Source of the DNA: a virus
Taxonomy: Duplodnaviria; Heunggongvirae; Uroviricota; Caudoviricetes
Virus record (IMG/VR): IMGVR_UViG_3300047445_000122
Strand: one strand, 5' to 3'
DNA length: 64,000 nucleotides
A program made the position numbers and the translations under genes. Below are positions 61,782-64,000 of the stretch, one piece after another. Position 1 is the stretch's first letter, and every line of letters starts with the position of its first letter. The notes under the pieces are model-generated. The model ran no database searches. It saw only the letters and a program-made list of their open reading frames with translations, and was not told the origin of the DNA.

Positions 61782-62543
61782 ATGGGACTGTTCGGTAAAG
61801 AGAAAGCATTCTATCAAGGACAAGTCAAGAAATACTCTGCCCTGTTCGGCAATCTGTTCTCCGACCTCTACATTGTGAGGAAGACAGACACGAAGACAGA
61901 GTATGTCCATGTACCAATCAAGTATGGACCAGGCAACCTCCGCAACAAGGCCAACACTGACTTTGGTTTGGTGCGTACTGGAATTCACCTCCCGGCGATG
62001 TCGTTTGAGTTGCGAGGGATCGAGAAAGACCCAGGACGGCTGATCAACCAGAATCTAGGCTATCGCCGGGGATCGCCTGAGGTGGGTACGTTGAACGAAT
62101 TGACGACACGTGTGCCCGTACCCCATGACATCAACTATCGTCTCACTATCGCCACTAAGACCATTGAGGAAATGCTCATGATCATCGAGCAGGTAGTGGA
62201 CGTGTTCAACCCCCAAGTCACAATCCGGCTTCTCGACAACAACCCAATCGGGATTGAGCGCGACATCACTGTGAAGATGACCAGTGATGGCTATGAGATT
62301 GACGATAACTATGAACGTTCACAGGAAGAGAACCGCCGCCTGGAAGTCTTCATTGACTTCACAGTGAAGGGCTATCTGTATCACAACAGCGTTGAAAAGC
62401 CTGTGACCCTGGAAATGGTGTTGGGTTCCGACGCATTCCAGTTCAACAGCGCAGCCTCATCCACTGAGGTCAAAGACTACATCCACTCAGCCACACCAAA
62501 CAATATCGGAGATAAGATGGCTGAGGTAACCAAAGGAATCTAA
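61782..62543 (+). CDS. tail sheath stabiliser / tail completion protein (T4 gp15-like)
   Basis: N-terminus MGLFGKEKAFYQGQVKKYSALFGNLFSDLYIVRK...HVPIKYG versus T4 gp15 MFGYFYNSSFRRYATLMGDLFSNIQIKRQ...RVPITYA. Confidence 0.75.
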   Translation: MGLFGKEKAFYQGQVKKYSALFGNLFSDLYIVRKTDTKTEYVHVPIKYGPGNLRNKANTDFGLVRTGIHLPAMSFELRGIEKDPGRLINQNLGYRRGSPEVGTLNELTTRVPVPHDINYRLTIATKTIEEMLMIIEQVVDVFNPQVTIRLLDNNPIGIERDITVKMTSDGYEIDDNYERSQEENRRLEVFIDFTVKGYLYHNSVEKPVTLEMVLGSDAFQFNSAASSTEVKDYIHSATPNNIGDKMAEVTKGI

Positions 62544-62545
62544 TC

Positions 62546-63154
62546 ATGAGTGGAACTCAAATGAGCGACGGCCTGGCGGCTCTGCTTGGAATAACTCCAT
62601 CTGGAGAGGACATTGTGGACCGCATGGACTCCTCCGGGGAGTTCGATGAGTTCAAGGATGAGCCACGGCCTGAAGTGAAGTTTGAGCTTCAGGTCAAGGA
62701 GACCTCTGTACCAGACCTGCAGTTGTCAGACGCGAAGGTGGACTATGCCTATGCGCGCTCCATGAACTACACGCTCTTGGAAATGACGACCCAGGCTCTG
62801 GCTCGTGCTCTGGCCGTGGCGAATGAAACTGAACACCCACGCGCATTTGAGTCGTTCAACTCACTGGCAACCACTGCCCGTGGACTCACCCAAGACTTGT
62901 TGGCCCTCCAGAAGGTGTTCAAGGAAGTCACGAAGGGACGTACAGAGCTGGATCCACCGCCTGTTGCCCAAACCAACATCCAAATCAACGGTGATGTCAA
63001 TACAGGCGGCGCCAAGGGCGGATCGTCAGTGGACATCATGAACTTGCTCCGCGACTCCATCGCCAGAGGCGAGATCAGCCCATTGGGCGTTGGTCACGTC
63101 AGCGATGTTGAGGACGTGGAAGTGAAGGAGGTCAAAGATGGCGAAGCAAGCTGA
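62546..63154 (+). CDS. terminase small subunit (T4 gp16-like)
   Basis: Central region VDYAYARSMNYTLLEMTTQALARALAVANETEHPRAFESFNSLATTARG parallels T4 gp16 [49 protein letters not shown]. Overlaps the TerL start. Confidence 0.65.
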   Translation: MSGTQMSDGLAALLGITPSGEDIVDRMDSSGEFDEFKDEPRPEVKFELQVKETSVPDLQLSDAKVDYAYARSMNYTLLEMTTQALARALAVANETEHPRAFESFNSLATTARGLTQDLLALQKVFKEVTKGRTELDPPPVAQTNIQINGDVNTGGAKGGSSVDIMNLLRDSIARGEISPLGVGHVSDVEDVEVKEVKDGEAS

Positions 63155-64000
63155 ATTTGCCCCAATCAAGGACGGTGGTGACTTCAAGTGGCCAGTTGCT
63201 GACGTCCAGATGCGCCTTGACCAGGTTCTGGTTGACAACAAGGCAGTGAAGCGTGCTGGGTCTACAGTCCGGTTCGAGACCCTGACGCCAGAACAACAGC
63301 TGGAGTACATGAAGTGTAAGCTGGATCCAATCTACTTCATTGAGACCTACTGCCGCATCATGTCTCTGGACCATGGTTTGATCCCGTTCAAGATGTACAA
63401 GTTCCAGAAGAAGATGGTGTTGGCTCTGGCGAACAACCGCTTCAACATCATTGCGACGGCCCGTCAGATGGGTAAGACCACGACTGTCGCCGCCTTCATC
63501 CTCTGGTATACCATCTTCAGCGACAAGCCGAAGCAATGCGCAGTTCTGGCCAACAAGGCTGACCAAGCCATGGAGATCATGGATCGTTGGCGTATGATGT
63601 ACGAGGAGCTGCCTTACTTCCTCCAACAGGGCGCTGACACCTTCAACCTGGGTGAGATTGAGCTTGAGAACAAGTCCAAAGTCTTCTCCGGTTCCTCCAA
63701 CCCCGACACTGTCCGTGGTAAGTCCATCAACTTTGTTATGTGGGATGAGGCAGCATTTACGGCGCGTGATGAAGAATTCTGGACATCCACGTTCCCTGTA
63801 CTGTCGTCCGGTAAAACCACCAAGATTGCTCTGGTGTCAACTCCCAAGGGCGCTCGTGGAGTGTTCCACAAGGTCTGGAAAGAGTCGCATTTGGATCAAG
63901 ACCATCCGATGTTCAATGGCTTCCATCACATCGAGATTCCATGGCACCACCACCCTGATCGCGATGAGAAGTGGAAGGCTGATACCATTTCCAAGACCAG
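63138..64000 (+). CDS. terminase large subunit (T4 gp17-like), 5' partial (runs off the window)
   Basis: AAGGAGG SD then ATG 63138. ETYCRIMS...ARQMGKTTTVAAFILWY (Walker A)...RGKSINFVMWDEAAF (Walker B) is collinear with T4 gp17. Confidence 0.9.
   Translation, partial: MAKQAEFAPIKDGGDFKWPVADVQMRLDQVLVDNKAVKRAGSTVRFETLTPEQQLEYMKCKLDPIYFIETYCRIMSLDHGLIPFKMYKFQKKMVLALANNRFNIIATARQMGKTTTVAAFILWYTIFSDKPKQCAVLANKADQAMEIMDRWRMMYEELPYFLQQGADTFNLGEIELENKSKVFSGSSNPDTVRGKSINFVMWDEAAFTARDEEFWTSTFPVLSSGKTTKIALVSTPKGARGVFHKVWKESHLDQDHPMFNGFHHIEIPWHHHPDRDEKWKADTISKT

Noticed and set aside
1-64000. CRISPR arrays, rRNA genes, integrase/transposase genes
   Set aside because: No regularly spaced direct repeats with unique spacers, no rRNA-like sequence, and no recombinase motifs were found.

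Overview
This window looks like part of a large lytic myovirus genome of the T4 superfamily (moderately high GC). There are no rRNA genes, no CRISPR array and no integrase.

Layout:
- About 1..34.8 kb: almost all genes are on the minus strand and compactly packed (frequent ATGA-type stop/start overlaps). They encode DNA replication, recombination and nucleotide metabolism functions.
 - Recognisable products: PhoH, dCMP deaminase, DnaB/gp41-like helicase, UvsX recombinase, gp56-like MazG dCTPase/dUTPase, gp1-like dNMP kinase, a ThyA-family enzyme with a C-terminal extension, an RNA/DNA ligase with a KxDG motif, and a DinG/Rad3 Fe-S helicase.
 - Interspersed are many small hypothetical and membrane 'moron' genes. 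These include a TAXI-type periplasmic solute-binding protein, an SPFH lipoprotein, an ACP-domain fusion protein and a 970-aa GHKL ATPase.
- About 34.9..38.9 kb: a minus-strand array of 18 tRNA genes that also contains a GroES homologue. Two further tRNAs lie at 41.35..41.52 kb.
- Nearby: PTH2-like peptidyl-tRNA hydrolase, an HD hydrolase and a ribosomal L7/L12 C-terminal-domain-like protein.
- From 44.5 kb to the end: a plus-strand virion module. It contains a gp6-like baseplate wedge protein, several tail-fibre-like proteins, a 1720-aa structural protein, gp13/gp14/gp15-like neck and tail-completion proteins, a gp16-like small terminase and a partial gp17-like large terminase.

Recurrent sequence signals:
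- A highly conserved sigma70-like promoter architecture: an AAATATTT upstream element, CACTTTACTT around -35, and GGTCTATAAT at -10.
- Many GC-rich rho-independent terminators.
- A roughly 150-bp intergenic repeat family in four copies, with a hairpin whose stem co-varies while the loop is conserved.

Limits: all functional calls come from motifs and remembered family signatures read by eye. tRNA identities come from manual folding. No database search was run.
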